From Gammaproteobacteria bacterium (GTDB lineage Bacteria; Pseudomonadota; Gammaproteobacteria; Ga0077536), in the NCBI GenBank assembly GCA_963662545.2, contig CAXXLL010000002.1, positions 1,920,001-1,984,000 on the forward strand: DNA of 64,000 nucleotides, in the 5' to 3' direction. The notes below the pieces were generated by a model. That model had not been told where the DNA came from and did not search any database. It saw nothing but the letters and a program-made list of their open reading frames with translations. This document shows positions 39,722-49,212 of the stretch, in pieces; the first letter of the stretch is position 1; each line of letters begins with the position of its first letter. Made by a program: the position numbers and the translations under genes.

Positions 39722-40753
39722 TTGAGAAAGGCGACCATTTCCGTGCTTGATACGCCCCTCGATCTGTCCACCTGTCCAGCACTGGACGCAAGCCGCGAAT
39801 ACTCGAATGCACTCGTCCAACGGGCGCGTGAGGCCCTGACTGCGACGGCTCCAAATCTCGAACACCTCGAGACTATCGCGGTTTGCGGCTCGCTCGGCCG
39901 CCTCGAGGCCAATTCCTCCTCGGATATCGATTGCATCATCGTCGTCAATGGACCGACCGGGACCGCTGAGTCCGATGCACTCGCCGAACGCATTTCACAA
40001 GTGCTCAGTCCGCTCGAACTCAAGGCGTCCAAGCCGTGGGGCATTTATCGCGAACCCATAAGCACCGCATCGCTACTCGATACCGCCGCGCTAGGGAGCC
40101 TCGAAGAGCGCGCCGAAGTATTCGGCAAACGGTTGCAACTGCTGCTAGATGCGCGACCACTATTGCACGAGAAAGCTTTCACACGCCTGCAGGCGCGCGT
40201 TGTCGACTGGTACGCAACGGGATTTCTCGATGTAAATCCAGGCAGTAGCTGGACCTATTTGATCAACGATTTAATGCGGTATCTGCATTCTTATGCGGCG
40301 TGGCAGCAGTACAAGTTCGAAAGGACGAACGACGACAGCTGGCAATTGCGCCAGGCGAAATTTCGCAGCACCCGGCTCGTGACGCTGGCGGGGCTGCTCG
40401 TGCTGCTGGGTGAAAGTAACCACGATATCGGTAAACGGGACTGGTTGAACGATCGCCTCGCATATTCGCCCCTGGAAAGGCTGGCGCTGGTGATGAACAA
40501 GTATGATCGCAGCGCTTTCGATGAATTCTTGGACGCATATGAAGTCATTCATCGTCTGATCAGTGATCGGGCGATACGCGATGAATTATTGACGACCGGT
40601 CCAGATTCAATCGCCACACTCGCTCGAGAGCCATTGCGGGCTTACGCGCAAATACACGAAGTGTCCGGGAACATCATCCAAGTGCTTACGCGTTTCATTC
40701 TTGCCCGTCAGGCAGACTGGGATCCGCGATTCTACGAGCGTTTGATCTTTTAA
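39722..40753 (+). CDS. Pol-beta superfamily nucleotidyltransferase (DUF294/GlnD-like)
   Basis: GSLGRLEA...SDID NTase signature followed by helical C-terminal domain. Confidence 0.75.
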   Translation: MRKATISVLDTPLDLSTCPALDASREYSNALVQRAREALTATAPNLEHLETIAVCGSLGRLEANSSSDIDCIIVVNGPTGTAESDALAERISQVLSPLELKASKPWGIYREPISTASLLDTAALGSLEERAEVFGKRLQLLLDARPLLHEKAFTRLQARVVDWYATGFLDVNPGSSWTYLINDLMRYLHSYAAWQQYKFERTNDDSWQLRQAKFRSTRLVTLAGLLVLLGESNHDIGKRDWLNDRLAYSPLERLALVMNKYDRSAFDEFLDAYEVIHRLISDRAIRDELLTTGPDSIATLAREPLRAYAQIHEVSGNIIQVLTRFILARQADWDPRFYERLIF

Positions 40754-40760
40754 GCGGCTG

Positions 40761-40994
40761 TTAGCAGCCTGTCGGATTTAGGGAATCGTAGCGAGGCAGT
40801 TGGGCGAGCGGGCTGAGAGGTGCCATGATTTGACGCGAACAGTCGGGCTATTCAATGAAAAATTCGTCGGGAACGAATTTTCGCGACAGCCCCATAGGGG
40901 TGAAGCGCAGGGATACGCTGAACAAATTCATGCCGCATCTGAACCGCTATCCCAACGCCCAAGTCAATTCTCCTAAGTCAGACAAGCTGCCAAG
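40761..40994. mobile_element. MITE family B, copy 3 (inverted relative to copy 1)
   Basis: GCAGCCTGTCGGATTTAGG / CCTAAGTCAGACAAGCTGC ends; AGGGAATCGTAGCGAGGC is the exact reverse complement of 15424-15441. Confidence 0.78.
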
Positions 40995-41000
40995 TTCAGT

Positions 41001-42248
41001 TCAATCGTAGTGAATAGCCCGGGCCGGATCGATCGATGCGGCACGAATGGCCGGATAAATGGTGGCGGTTACGGATAAAAAGAGGCTGGCGATAGCGACC
41101 ATGGCAATATCTCCGAAGTGGAGATCGGCCGGCAGGTAATCGATGAAGTAGACCTCGGAGTTGATCAAGTCGACATCGAGTGCCGCTTCGATGAACTTTG
41201 CGACGGAATTGCTCTCAGCTGCGCCCAAGGCACCCAGGATCGCACCGATAACGACACCCGCGGCACCGAGGATTAATCCCTGTAGCAGGAAGAGAATAAC
41301 GACGTCGAATCGGCTGGCTCCCATGGTACGAAGTATCGCAATATCAGGGATCTTCTCCGTCACCACCATGATCATGTTCGCCGCAATATTGAACGCGGCA
41401 ACGGCGATGATAAGAATGAGAATTACGAACATGATGCGTTTCTGTGATTCCAGCGCTAGAAAAAAATTCTGGTAGTACTGGGTCCAATCGATCGCCAAAA
41501 ACTCCGGCCCGAGCGAAAGAGCAATCGTGCGCGCCGCCTCGGGCGCGATCGATGCGTGTTCGAAGCGTAGCCTCACGCCCGACACGGCATCTCCCAGCCG
41601 AAAAATGCGGCGCGCCTCGTCGAGTGAGGCCAACATCAACGCCGAATCGAATTGATGCATACCGACGTGAAAGATCCCTGCGACCACCAGGCGTTCGTAT
41701 CGCGGCGCAACGGCATTGCCACCGCTATCCCATATCGGGACCAGCAGCGTTACCGTGTCTCCGGTTTGTGCCCGCAGGTCGCGCGCCAGGCTCGCGCCAA
41801 GGAGCACACGACCCGGCCCTGAGCTAAGCGTACCGATTTCGGCTGCGGACAAATAATTCTCTAGATCGGTGACCCTCATTTCGCGCAACGGAACGATACC
41901 TTCTACCACCGCGCCCTTAACCTTACCCTTGTGGCTTAACATGCCGCTTGCCCTCACGTAAGGGCTGGTGGCGACGACTCGCGGATCCTGCCGAATTCGA
42001 TCGTCTATCGCCTCCCAATCGCTGATCGCCGACCCTTGCTGCACGATAACCGCATGGGCTGTCATGCCAAGGACGTGCCGCGTGACTTCGCGTTCGAACC
42101 CGTTCATCACTGAAAGAACGATAACCAAGGCGGCAACCCCGATCGCAATCCCGGCGATGGAGACGATGGACACGAATGATGCGAACCTATTTCGCCGTTT
42201 GGAGCACATGTAACGGGCAGCCGTAAACAGCGTAAAAGGTTGATACAT
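41001..42248 (-). CDS. lolE: Lipoprotein-releasing ABC permease LolC/E
   Basis: GIAIGVAALVIVLSVMNGFE, VAAFNI...MVV.EK..DIAILRTMGA, YFIDYLP, ATIYPA.RAA. Confidence 0.88.
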   Translation of the reverse strand: MYQPFTLFTAARYMCSKRRNRFASFVSIVSIAGIAIGVAALVIVLSVMNGFEREVTRHVLGMTAHAVIVQQGSAISDWEAIDDRIRQDPRVVATSPYVRASGMLSHKGKVKGAVVEGIVPLREMRVTDLENYLSAAEIGTLSSGPGRVLLGASLARDLRAQTGDTVTLLVPIWDSGGNAVAPRYERLVVAGIFHVGMHQFDSALMLASLDEARRIFRLGDAVSGVRLRFEHASIAPEAARTIALSLGPEFLAIDWTQYYQNFFLALESQKRIMFVILILIIAVAAFNIAANMIMVVTEKIPDIAILRTMGASRFDVVILFLLQGLILGAAGVVIGAILGALGAAESNSVAKFIEAALDVDLINSEVYFIDYLPADLHFGDIAMVAIASLFLSVTATIYPAIRAASIDPARAIHYD

Positions 42249-42254
42249 ACTTAG

Positions 42255-42416
42255 GGAACCTCTGAATAAGTCATGGTGCGTCTGAATGGTTCATGCAATG
42301 GTGCAGATCAAGGCACGAATCGCAGGTAATAGCGGGGACTAGGGCTAAGGTTCGTGACGTAAGGCTCCGCGATTTCATGGGCAAGGCAGGTGGGCCATGA
42401 CTTTTTCAGAGGTTCC
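42255..42416 (-). mobile_element. MITE family A, copy 2 (162 bp) with TTAG target duplication
   Basis: GGAACCTCTGAATAAGTCATGG...CCATGACTTTTTCAGAGGTTCC flanked by TTAG at 42251-42254 and 42417-42420. Confidence 0.9.
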
Positions 42417-42436
42417 TTAGGTGCCAGTACCGGAGC

Positions 42437-42829
42437 TTATTGGTCGAGCGGGGCGAGGTTACCGATATTCTCTTCCCAGTTTCGCCCATCGAACATGCGG
42501 ATTTCCAGCGCTTCGATCATTTCCGGATCGATGCAATGCAGGTTGACGCTATAGCCCTGTGGGTGTGAGCGCGGCACGTAAAACGATTTCACACCGCAAA
42601 TGGAGCAGAACAAGTGCCGCGCAATTTCGGTATTGAACGTGTAATTCGTCAGTCTGTTTTCGCCTTGCAAGAGCCTGAAGCCACTCCGTGGGACGATTAA
42701 GTGCAGATATGCGGATTTGCGACAGATCGAGCAATTGCACTCTTCGACCTGCAATCGCCTCGGTGCATCGACCTCGAATCTGACTGCACCGCAATGACAG
42801 CTTCCTCGATGCGTTACTTTCTCAGCCAA
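42437..42829 (-). CDS. GFA/CENP-V family protein
   Basis: GSCHCG.V, CNCSICRK, FCSICG. Confidence 0.92.
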   Translation of the reverse strand: MAEKVTHRGSCHCGAVRFEVDAPRRLQVEECNCSICRKSAYLHLIVPRSGFRLLQGENRLTNYTFNTEIARHLFCSICGVKSFYVPRSHPQGYSVNLHCIDPEMIEALEIRMFDGRNWEENIGNLAPLDQ

Positions 42830-42913
42830 CGCCTAGCAGCCATCGGAAATCGCGCAGCGCCTGAAGTTTTCAATAGGAATTTCGTCGCTCACGGAAGGAT
42901 GTCTAAGCGCTGT

Positions 42914-43150
42914 CTAGTCGGCTTCCTGCTCGACGCACAAACCCCACATGACCTTGTATCGATTACCAGCGCTGCGCTGAACCGACCACAATGGCTCGTG
43001 AGGTTCGCGAGATAAGCCATTACCCCGCCATGATTCGGATGCAGAGGGGAACATCTCGCGCGTTGCTATGCCTGCGTTGATGAGGCGATCGCGGGTCGCG
43101 CAATACCAAACACCGTACGAATCGCAGTAGACTTCGATTCGATCAGTCAC
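42914..43150 (-). CDS. Hypothetical protein
   Basis: 78-aa ORF with GGA upstream of GTG start; no recognisable motif. Confidence 0.45.
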   Translation of the reverse strand: MTDRIEVYCDSYGVWYCATRDRLINAGIATREMFPSASESWRGNGLSREPHEPLWSVQRSAGNRYKVMWGLCVEQEAD

Positions 43151-43389
43151 GCTACGTCCATCCCGGAGCCATAAGACAATGTTAGACTCTTACCTGATGG
43201 GGCGTAAAGCTATAACGAACGGTCCGTTGCAATTCGAGGATTCGTATAATTCGAAATGGGCAATTCGGTTCGGACCGACGATGACGAGCACGATATTTGA
43301 GGGTCGCAGAGCGCGCATTTTTGAAAAATGAGCGTAGATAAGGCGCTCGCCATACGCACCGTGCCAGCCTGCTAGAATCATATAGACGG

Positions 43390-43450
43390 ACGCTGCGCGG
43401 AATAACAGGCGCAAGGCAGTCGTACCATAACTTATTCAAGGGTTTCTTAA
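43390..43450. mobile_element. Degenerate end of MITE family A
   Basis: GCAAGGCAG...CCATAACTTATTCAAGGGTTTC-TTAA resembles the 42381-42420 terminus. Confidence 0.6.
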
Positions 43451-43452
43451 GG

Positions 43453-44079
43453 ATGCGAAAGACTGTGGAACTCCCGTCTACCGAAAATGCCTTGCCCGGC
43501 CGTGACACGCCCATTGCAGTGCCGGCGAAGCACTTCGTCCTCGACACACCCCTCAAACCGCCGTTCCCCGAGAATAGCGAACGAGCTTATCTCGGCTTGG
43601 GGTGTTTCTGGGGCGCGGAAAAATGCTTTTGGAACCTGGAAGGTGTGCACTCGACGGCAGTTGGATACGCTGGCGGGCTCACGCCCAATCCAACCTACGA
43701 GGAAGTCTGCACCGGTTTGACCGGGCACAACGAAGTGGTGCAAATCGTGTTTCTTACCGAGCGCGTCAGCTATGCGCGTTTACTTGACATATTTTGGGAG
43801 GCCCACGACCCGACCCAGGGAATGCGCCAGGGTAATGATGCCGGTACCCAGTATCGCTCCGGCATCTATTTCGCGAATGACGAGCAGCGGCGCGCCGCCG
43901 AAGATTCACTCGCACGTTATCAGCAGGTCCTCGCCGCCGCGGGATACGGCGTCATCACCACTGAGATCATTCCCGCCCCGGTGTTTTATTTTGCCGAAGA
44001 CTATCATCAGCAATACCTCGCCAAGAATCCAAACGGCTACTGCGGATTGGGCGGAACCGGGGTGTCTTGCGCCGCATAA
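43453..44079 (+). CDS. msrA: Peptide-methionine (S)-S-oxide reductase
   Basis: [38 protein letters not shown]. Confidence 0.96.
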   Translation: MRKTVELPSTENALPGRDTPIAVPAKHFVLDTPLKPPFPENSERAYLGLGCFWGAEKCFWNLEGVHSTAVGYAGGLTPNPTYEEVCTGLTGHNEVVQIVFLTERVSYARLLDIFWEAHDPTQGMRQGNDAGTQYRSGIYFANDEQRRAAEDSLARYQQVLAAAGYGVITTEIIPAPVFYFAEDYHQQYLAKNPNGYCGLGGTGVSCAA

Positions 44080-44101
44080 AAAGGACGCCCCGAAGGGCGT
44101 C
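44078..44101 (-). terminator. Intrinsic terminator for the minus-strand VPLPA-CTERM unit
   Basis: Minus strand GACGCCC-TTCG-GGGCGTC followed by CTTTTT. Confidence 0.75.
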
Positions 44102-44163
44102 AGAGCGATTGCACGCGGGAGAAATGAAATTCAGGTTGCAGGAGCCCGGATATTGCCGTCGAA

Positions 44164-44697
44164 TCAAATGCGCCCGTCGTATTTGAATAAGCCCAGCATC
44201 TCAGCGGCGACTCGACCCGGTATCGGAATGAGATCAGCGCTTGGTTCAGCTGGCCTGGCATGATTGACCGTATTGAAATAGACATCGATCCAGTGCGGCG
44301 CTGCGCGGCGAGTCCGTGACGCCCGGCGCAGCTGAGTAATCACCTCATCCAGCGTGGTCAGGTGCACGCCCAATTGGAGGTCACCCGCCAGCGGAACAAA
44401 GGGTAACCCCCCATCAATGACCACTGGCTGAGTGTCCAGACCAGAATTTTCCAGGCCTTGTGCTGCGAAAACGCTATACGGCAACAAGAGCAACAGCGAC
44501 GAGATCAACATCCATCGCCAGCCCCGCTTTGCCGTATCGAGGGCTCGACCTGTCCGCCGATTTGAACCGGCGCCAATCTCGGCACTGGTGCCTGTAACAT
44601 TCGGTTTCGGCAAGACCGCGGACGGCCTATCGGGCAAGGACGCATCTACCGGCGGCGTCATTGAAAACTTATGCTTGGCCACTTTAGACATTTTCAT
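44164..44697 (-). CDS. Hypothetical protein with TM/signal segment
   Basis: WMLISSLLLLLPYSVFAA segment; overlaps upstream gene. Confidence 0.5.
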   Translation of the reverse strand: MKMSKVAKHKFSMTPPVDASLPDRPSAVLPKPNVTGTSAEIGAGSNRRTGRALDTAKRGWRWMLISSLLLLLPYSVFAAQGLENSGLDTQPVVIDGGLPFVPLAGDLQLGVHLTTLDEVITQLRRASRTRRAAPHWIDVYFNTVNHARPAEPSADLIPIPGRVAAEMLGLFKYDGRI

Positions 44698-45286
44698 GAT
44701 GCTCCGAGATTTGCATCAATTCGGATTCGGAACCCGTTCCGCGACGCGTGAAACCGGCGAAGGCCATCGCTGACAGCATCAGCACCACGGAATTCGGCAG
44801 CGGCACGGCTGCGGCGCCCGGATTATTGAAATAGTTGTCGATCAATGACGTGTTGATGGCGGAGAATGCGGTCGTACTCGACCAGGCGTTGCTCCCCCGC
44901 TGTGTGGAGTCGAACATGAAGGTGCCGGAACCCTGGATGGTGTAGTTCACGCCGTCGAACAGCACGTTCGCCCATTGGAAACTGACCTGTGGGACCTGGT
45001 AATCGAATGTGAGGCGCAGCTGTCCTTGCGGGGGCTGTACAGTCGGACCCGAATACACGATCTCGGCAGGGGTTAGAACGTTGTTAATCCAGGTGTTCAT
45101 CTGCCCGCCGAAGCTGAGATTCGTAAACTGCAGTGCGGCCACGTCGTCCGAGAAGAAGAATCCGTAGTTCATCTCGTCGGTATTGGAGAACCGGATCGAT
45201 TGGGTTGCGGCGGGGGCGGCGAGCGCCCCTCCCATCAACATGAGGGCCAAAGTGTATTTGGCCAGTTTTTCCCATTTTGCGTGCAT
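44684..45286 (-). CDS. Secreted protein with VPLPA-CTERM (PEP-CTERM-type) sorting signal
   Basis: N-terminal signal peptide; AVPLPNSVVLMLSAMAFAGFTRR = VPLP motif, TM, basic cluster. Confidence 0.8.
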   Translation of the reverse strand: MHAKWEKLAKYTLALMLMGGALAAPAATQSIRFSNTDEMNYGFFFSDDVAALQFTNLSFGGQMNTWINNVLTPAEIVYSGPTVQPPQGQLRLTFDYQVPQVSFQWANVLFDGVNYTIQGSGTFMFDSTQRGSNAWSSTTAFSAINTSLIDNYFNNPGAAAVPLPNSVVLMLSAMAFAGFTRRGTGSESELMQISEHHENV

Positions 45287-45321
45287 CGTTGTATCCAAAT
45301 AGCTTGATTTTGCCTAGATCG

Positions 45322-45337
45322 AGCAATTCAGATGCCA
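45322..45337 (-). promoter_or_regulatory. Sigma54 (-24/-12) promoter
   Basis: Minus strand TGGCAT-CTGAA-TTGCT matches TGGCAC-N5-TTGCW, about 35 nt upstream of the ATG. Confidence 0.75.
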
Positions 45338-45370
45338 GAAACGCGGAAGAAAGGGTGATCACTGAGAATA

Positions 45371-45497
45371 TGTGACGACAGTCACACGCGATGCGCGCAA
45401 CTCTGTGACGCGATCCCCAAACCGGCCCGTGGTTTGTGATCGGTATCACAGAGGAGCTTGTGGACTCCGCGAAGTATCTTTTGTGACGTCGTCGACA
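45371..45497. promoter_or_regulatory. Array of TGTGA-N6-TCACA sites (CRP-like or enhancer-binding-protein UAS)
   Basis: Perfect at 45371-45386 and 45435-45450; imperfect at 45404 and 45482. Confidence 0.7.
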
Positions 45498-45567
45498 GTT
45501 CGACAGCCGGCCGCCAGGCAGGGCCCGCCTGGCGACGCAAAATGTCGTCAATAAGTGACGCGCAAGG

Positions 45568-47823
45568 TCATGTTGCCGCAGCCACGCGGATAGGCAGAGA
45601 GTTGATCCTTTTATCGGTCAAAATCGATACCGCGTTGGCGACTGCCGGTGCGATAGGCGGGGTGCCCGGTTCGCCGACGCCGCCGGGTTCCGCCCCGCTT
45701 TCGATCACATGGGTCTCTATGCGCGGCATTTCCTTCAAGGAGAGCATGCGGTAATCCGGGAAATTCCACTGCATGATGCGCCCACCCTCGACCCGGACCT
45801 CGCCGTACAAGGCCGCTGTCAGCCCAAAAACGATGCCGCTTTCCATCTGCGCGATGACGATATCCGGATTGACGACGCGCCCGCAATCGATGACGCAGAC
45901 CACTCGATGCACCCGAATCTGCCCCTTATCTAGGGACACTTCAGCGATTTGCCCCACGATCGAACCAAAAGATTCGTGCAGGGCGACGCCCCGCGCGTGA
46001 CCTGCGCCAAGCGCCTCGCTCCAGCCTGCCGAATCGCGCAGCAGCTTGAGTACGCGGGTTTCGCGCGGATGGTTCTCAAGGTGAGAGAGCCGGAAATCGA
46101 TCGGATCCGCCCCCGCCGCGGCAGCCAATTCATCCATGAAACACTCCGTGAAAAAAGCATTGAATGAATTCCCAACACTGCGCCAGAAACCGATTGGGAC
46201 GTGACTCTCTACGGCCGTGTGTTCGACCAGTCGATGGGGTGTTGCATAGGACAGGAAAGCGGCGCCTTCGGCGTTGGTGCGGTCGGGGCCGCCCAGTGGA
46301 AGATTCGGAAACGCGCGGCCGAGAACCGCCTGACCGACCGACGGCGAAGCGATCTGATTGTGCCAGGCCAGAATGCGCCCGTCATCGTCCAGGCGCGCCC
46401 TAAACCTCGAAAGGGCCGGTGGCCGATACGTGTCGTGCTGAATATCCTCTTCGCGCGAATAGACGAGTTTCACCGAGATGCCGGGCAAGCGCTGAGCAAT
46501 GCTGATCGCGCGGAGCATGACATCAGGCTCGCCGCGACGACCAAAGCCACCACCTAACAGGGGGGTGTGGATGTGAACGTCCTCGGCGGGAAGGTCGAGT
46601 CGCCGGGCCGCAATCATTCGCAGCAGGTCCGGCGCCTGATTCCCCTGCCAGATATCGGCGCGATCGCCGGTGATTCGAACCGAGCAGTTCATCGGCTCCA
46701 TACAGGCATGGGCGAGAAGGGGGACCCGATACTCAGCGACAATGGCGTCTTTCCCGGTCAGTTGCTCGACGGCGTCGCCTTTACTTTCGTAAGTAAAGAA
46801 ATCGCCATCGTCGAGAGCTTGTTCGAACGCTTCAAGCATGCTCGATGACGAGACTGCGGCGTGCGGCCCGGGGGCGAATTCAATTTCGAGCGCGTCGAGT
46901 GCCTGCTGTGCGTGCCAGTAATTATCGGCAACGACAGCCACCGCGTCCTCCAGTTCGACGATTTCGACGAGGCCCGGCATCGATTCGGTTTTGTGCGCGT
47001 CGACCTTGACCAGCGAACCGCCGAACACAGGGGACGTCTTGACTGCGGCGACGAGAAGATCGTCGGTGGTGAAATCGATGCCGAACTCGGCGCCGCCCAC
47101 GACTTTTGCAGGAACGTCGGTCCGCGGAACCGGTTTTCCAAGTAAGCGAAAATCGGGCCCCGGCTTCAATGCGACGTCGGGCACGGGATCGAGACGCGCT
47201 GCTTCTATCGCTAGGGCGCCGTACGTCAAGGAACGGCCGGTTGCGGCGTGAGTCACCACGCCTTCTTCAGTGTCAAGGTCGTTGGGATGAACTTCGAGTC
47301 GCGCCGCCGCGGCACGCACCAGCATGTCACGCGCCGCCGCGCCCGCCGTGCGCATCGGCAGCCAGGCATCGCGCACACTGGTACTCCCGCCCGTTATTTG
47401 GACAGCCAGCATGCGTCCGACCCGTGCAAAGGTCCATCGTGCCGTTGACGGTAGCCAGGATTTGTCGTTTGGATCGAAGGGAGCACTGTTGATCATCACG
47501 ACGATGTTGCCATAGACAGAATCGATCGGTGCCTGTTCGACCCGAATCGCGCTCCAGGCGACATCGAGTTCTTCGGCGACGAGCATGGGCAGCGAAGTGT
47601 AGACACCCTGTCCCATTTCGGCGCGCGGGACCGCAACGGTGACTACGCCGTCCCCGCCGATCTTGAGCCACGCATTCAGAGCAACTTCGCCTTCGCCCAC
47701 TGGGAAGACGTCAGGGTCACCCAACAGATCACGGGGTTTGAACAGGCCGTACCCGACCAACAATCCGCCGCCAACGAGCGCACCGGTTAACAGAAAGCGG
47801 CGGCGGCCCGGTGAAAAACTCAT
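45568..47823 (-). CDS. Xanthine dehydrogenase family Mo-binding subunit (IorB-like), Tat signal
   Basis: GRRRFL, EMGQGV.T.L.MLVAEEL, TGGS.SV, HACMEP, LGGGFGR, GGVGEPG. Confidence 0.92.
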   Translation of the reverse strand: MSFSPGRRRFLLTGALVGGGLLVGYGLFKPRDLLGDPDVFPVGEGEVALNAWLKIGGDGVVTVAVPRAEMGQGVYTSLPMLVAEELDVAWSAIRVEQAPIDSVYGNIVVMINSAPFDPNDKSWLPSTARWTFARVGRMLAVQITGGSTSVRDAWLPMRTAGAAARDMLVRAAAARLEVHPNDLDTEEGVVTHAATGRSLTYGALAIEAARLDPVPDVALKPGPDFRLLGKPVPRTDVPAKVVGGAEFGIDFTTDDLLVAAVKTSPVFGGSLVKVDAHKTESMPGLVEIVELEDAVAVVADNYWHAQQALDALEIEFAPGPHAAVSSSSMLEAFEQALDDGDFFTYESKGDAVEQLTGKDAIVAEYRVPLLAHACMEPMNCSVRITGDRADIWQGNQAPDLLRMIAARRLDLPAEDVHIHTPLLGGGFGRRGEPDVMLRAISIAQRLPGISVKLVYSREEDIQHDTYRPPALSRFRARLDDDGRILAWHNQIASPSVGQAVLGRAFPNLPLGGPDRTNAEGAAFLSYATPHRLVEHTAVESHVPIGFWRSVGNSFNAFFTECFMDELAAAAGADPIDFRLSHLENHPRETRVLKLLRDSAGWSEALGAGHARGVALHESFGSIVGQIAEVSLDKGQIRVHRVVCVIDCGRVVNPDIVIAQMESGIVFGLTAALYGEVRVEGGRIMQWNFPDYRMLSLKEMPRIETHVIESGAEPGGVGEPGTPPIAPAVANAVSILTDKRINSLPIRVAAAT

Positions 47824-48287
47824 TGGTCTTGCTGATTTGCCATAGTCGTTGCCCGATGGATCGCGCGACGTACCCGCTGGTAGGTGCCGCAACGACAGAT
47901 ATTCGTCATTGTCCGATCGATGTCTTCGTCGCTCGGAGATGGCTTTTCGTTCAGTAGCGCCGCAGCGGCCATGATCATGCCGGACTGGCAGTACCCACAT
48001 TGCGGGACTTGTTCGGTAATCCAAGCCTGCTGAATCGGATGCAACCGTTTCCTGGCCAGTCCCTCGATTGTGGTAATCGATTTTCCAGCAACTACCGCAA
48101 CCGGCAGTTTGCAGGTGCGTACCGCACGACCGCCGACGTGCACGGTACAGGCACCGCAGGCAGCAACCCCGCACCCGAATTTGGTTCCGGTCAACCCGAG
48201 CACGTCGCGCAACACCCATAACAGAGGCATGTCGGGATCGACTTCCAAAGTGACGGCATCGCCGTTTACAGTCATGGACAATTCCAT
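47820..48287 (-). CDS. (2Fe-2S) subunit (IorA-like)
   Basis: GTKFGCG..CGAC, QCGYCQ, NICRCG. Confidence 0.93.
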   Translation of the reverse strand: MELSMTVNGDAVTLEVDPDMPLLWVLRDVLGLTGTKFGCGVAACGACTVHVGGRAVRTCKLPVAVVAGKSITTIEGLARKRLHPIQQAWITEQVPQCGYCQSGMIMAAAALLNEKPSPSDEDIDRTMTNICRCGTYQRVRRAIHRATTMANQQDQ

Positions 48288-48431
48288 GAAGCTCACGCTA
48301 ACGTCGTTTCCGGTTCTTGTCCAGATAGACCGTAGACGCCTTCATGTGAATCGACGAAACTGCCGTCTGCCGCGCGTACGATTGGACAGCGGTGCCTACG
48401 GAGGATCACGAGTTCGATGAAGTGATGGACG

Positions 48432-49190
48432 ATGATGCCGAAACAAACTTGGAATCCTGACAAGTACGCACGACATGCGGGGTTCGTAGCCGAACTCGGA
48501 GGCGATTTGATCGAGATGCTCGCCCCGGCACGGGGTGAAATGATCCTCGACCTCGGCTGCGGGGACGGGGCGCTCACCGCGAAGCTTCTATCACTTGGTT
48601 GCCGCGTCCTCGCCATCGACAGCAGCGCCGAACAGGTTGCAGCGGCGGCGGCGCGCAATCTTGACGCGCAGGTCGTGGACGCCGAGGCGATGACTTATGA
48701 AGCCGCTTTCGAAGGCGTGTTCAGCAACGCCGCCCTGCACTGGATGAAACGGCCCGAGGCCGTGATCGATGGCGTCTGGCGGGCGTTGCGTCCGGCGGGA
48801 CGATTCGTTGGCGAAATGGGCGGCGCGCGAAACGTACAGGCCGTGGTCGATGCCGTTACCAAAGTTCTCGGCGAGCGGGGCATTGACGCCGTGGCATGCA
48901 ATCCGTGGTTCTTCCCGGACGAAGCGACCTACCGTAAACTGCTTCAGGATCAGGGATTCGACGTCGAATTCATGCAACTGTTTCCGCGCCCAACGCCGCT
49001 CGACGGCGACATCGTGCATTGGCTGAAACTTTTCACGCAGTCCTTTGTTGCGGACGTCGATGAGAGCGAACACGAGGGAATTTATTCCGCCGTCAGCGCC
49101 CAGCTGGAAACTACCCTGCGAGACGATGACGGGAATTGGTTCGTGGATTACGTGCGCCTGCGTTTCAAGGCGATCAAGCCCGCGAGCTAA
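48432..49190 (+). CDS. Class I SAM-dependent methyltransferase
   Basis: ILDLGCGDG, FSNAALHW, DYVRLRF. Confidence 0.9.
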   Translation: MMPKQTWNPDKYARHAGFVAELGGDLIEMLAPARGEMILDLGCGDGALTAKLLSLGCRVLAIDSSAEQVAAAAARNLDAQVVDAEAMTYEAAFEGVFSNAALHWMKRPEAVIDGVWRALRPAGRFVGEMGGARNVQAVVDAVTKVLGERGIDAVACNPWFFPDEATYRKLLQDQGFDVEFMQLFPRPTPLDGDIVHWLKLFTQSFVADVDESEHEGIYSAVSAQLETTLRDDDGNWFVDYVRLRFKAIKPAS

Positions 49191-49212
49191 GGAACCTCTG
49201 AATAAGTCATGG
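49191..49212 (+). mobile_element. Solo terminal repeat of MITE family A
   Basis: CTAA followed by exact GGAACCTCTGAATAAGTCATGG. Confidence 0.75.

Noticed and set aside
45371-45497. CRISPR-like array from the repeated TGTGA motifs
   Set aside because: Repeats are short spaced palindromes with irregular period and no cas genes; they fit transcription factor sites
45568-48219. 883-aa ORF suggesting an IorA-IorB fusion
   Set aside because: The extension overlaps iorA in another frame; the real start is the Tat signal [10 protein letters not shown] at 47823
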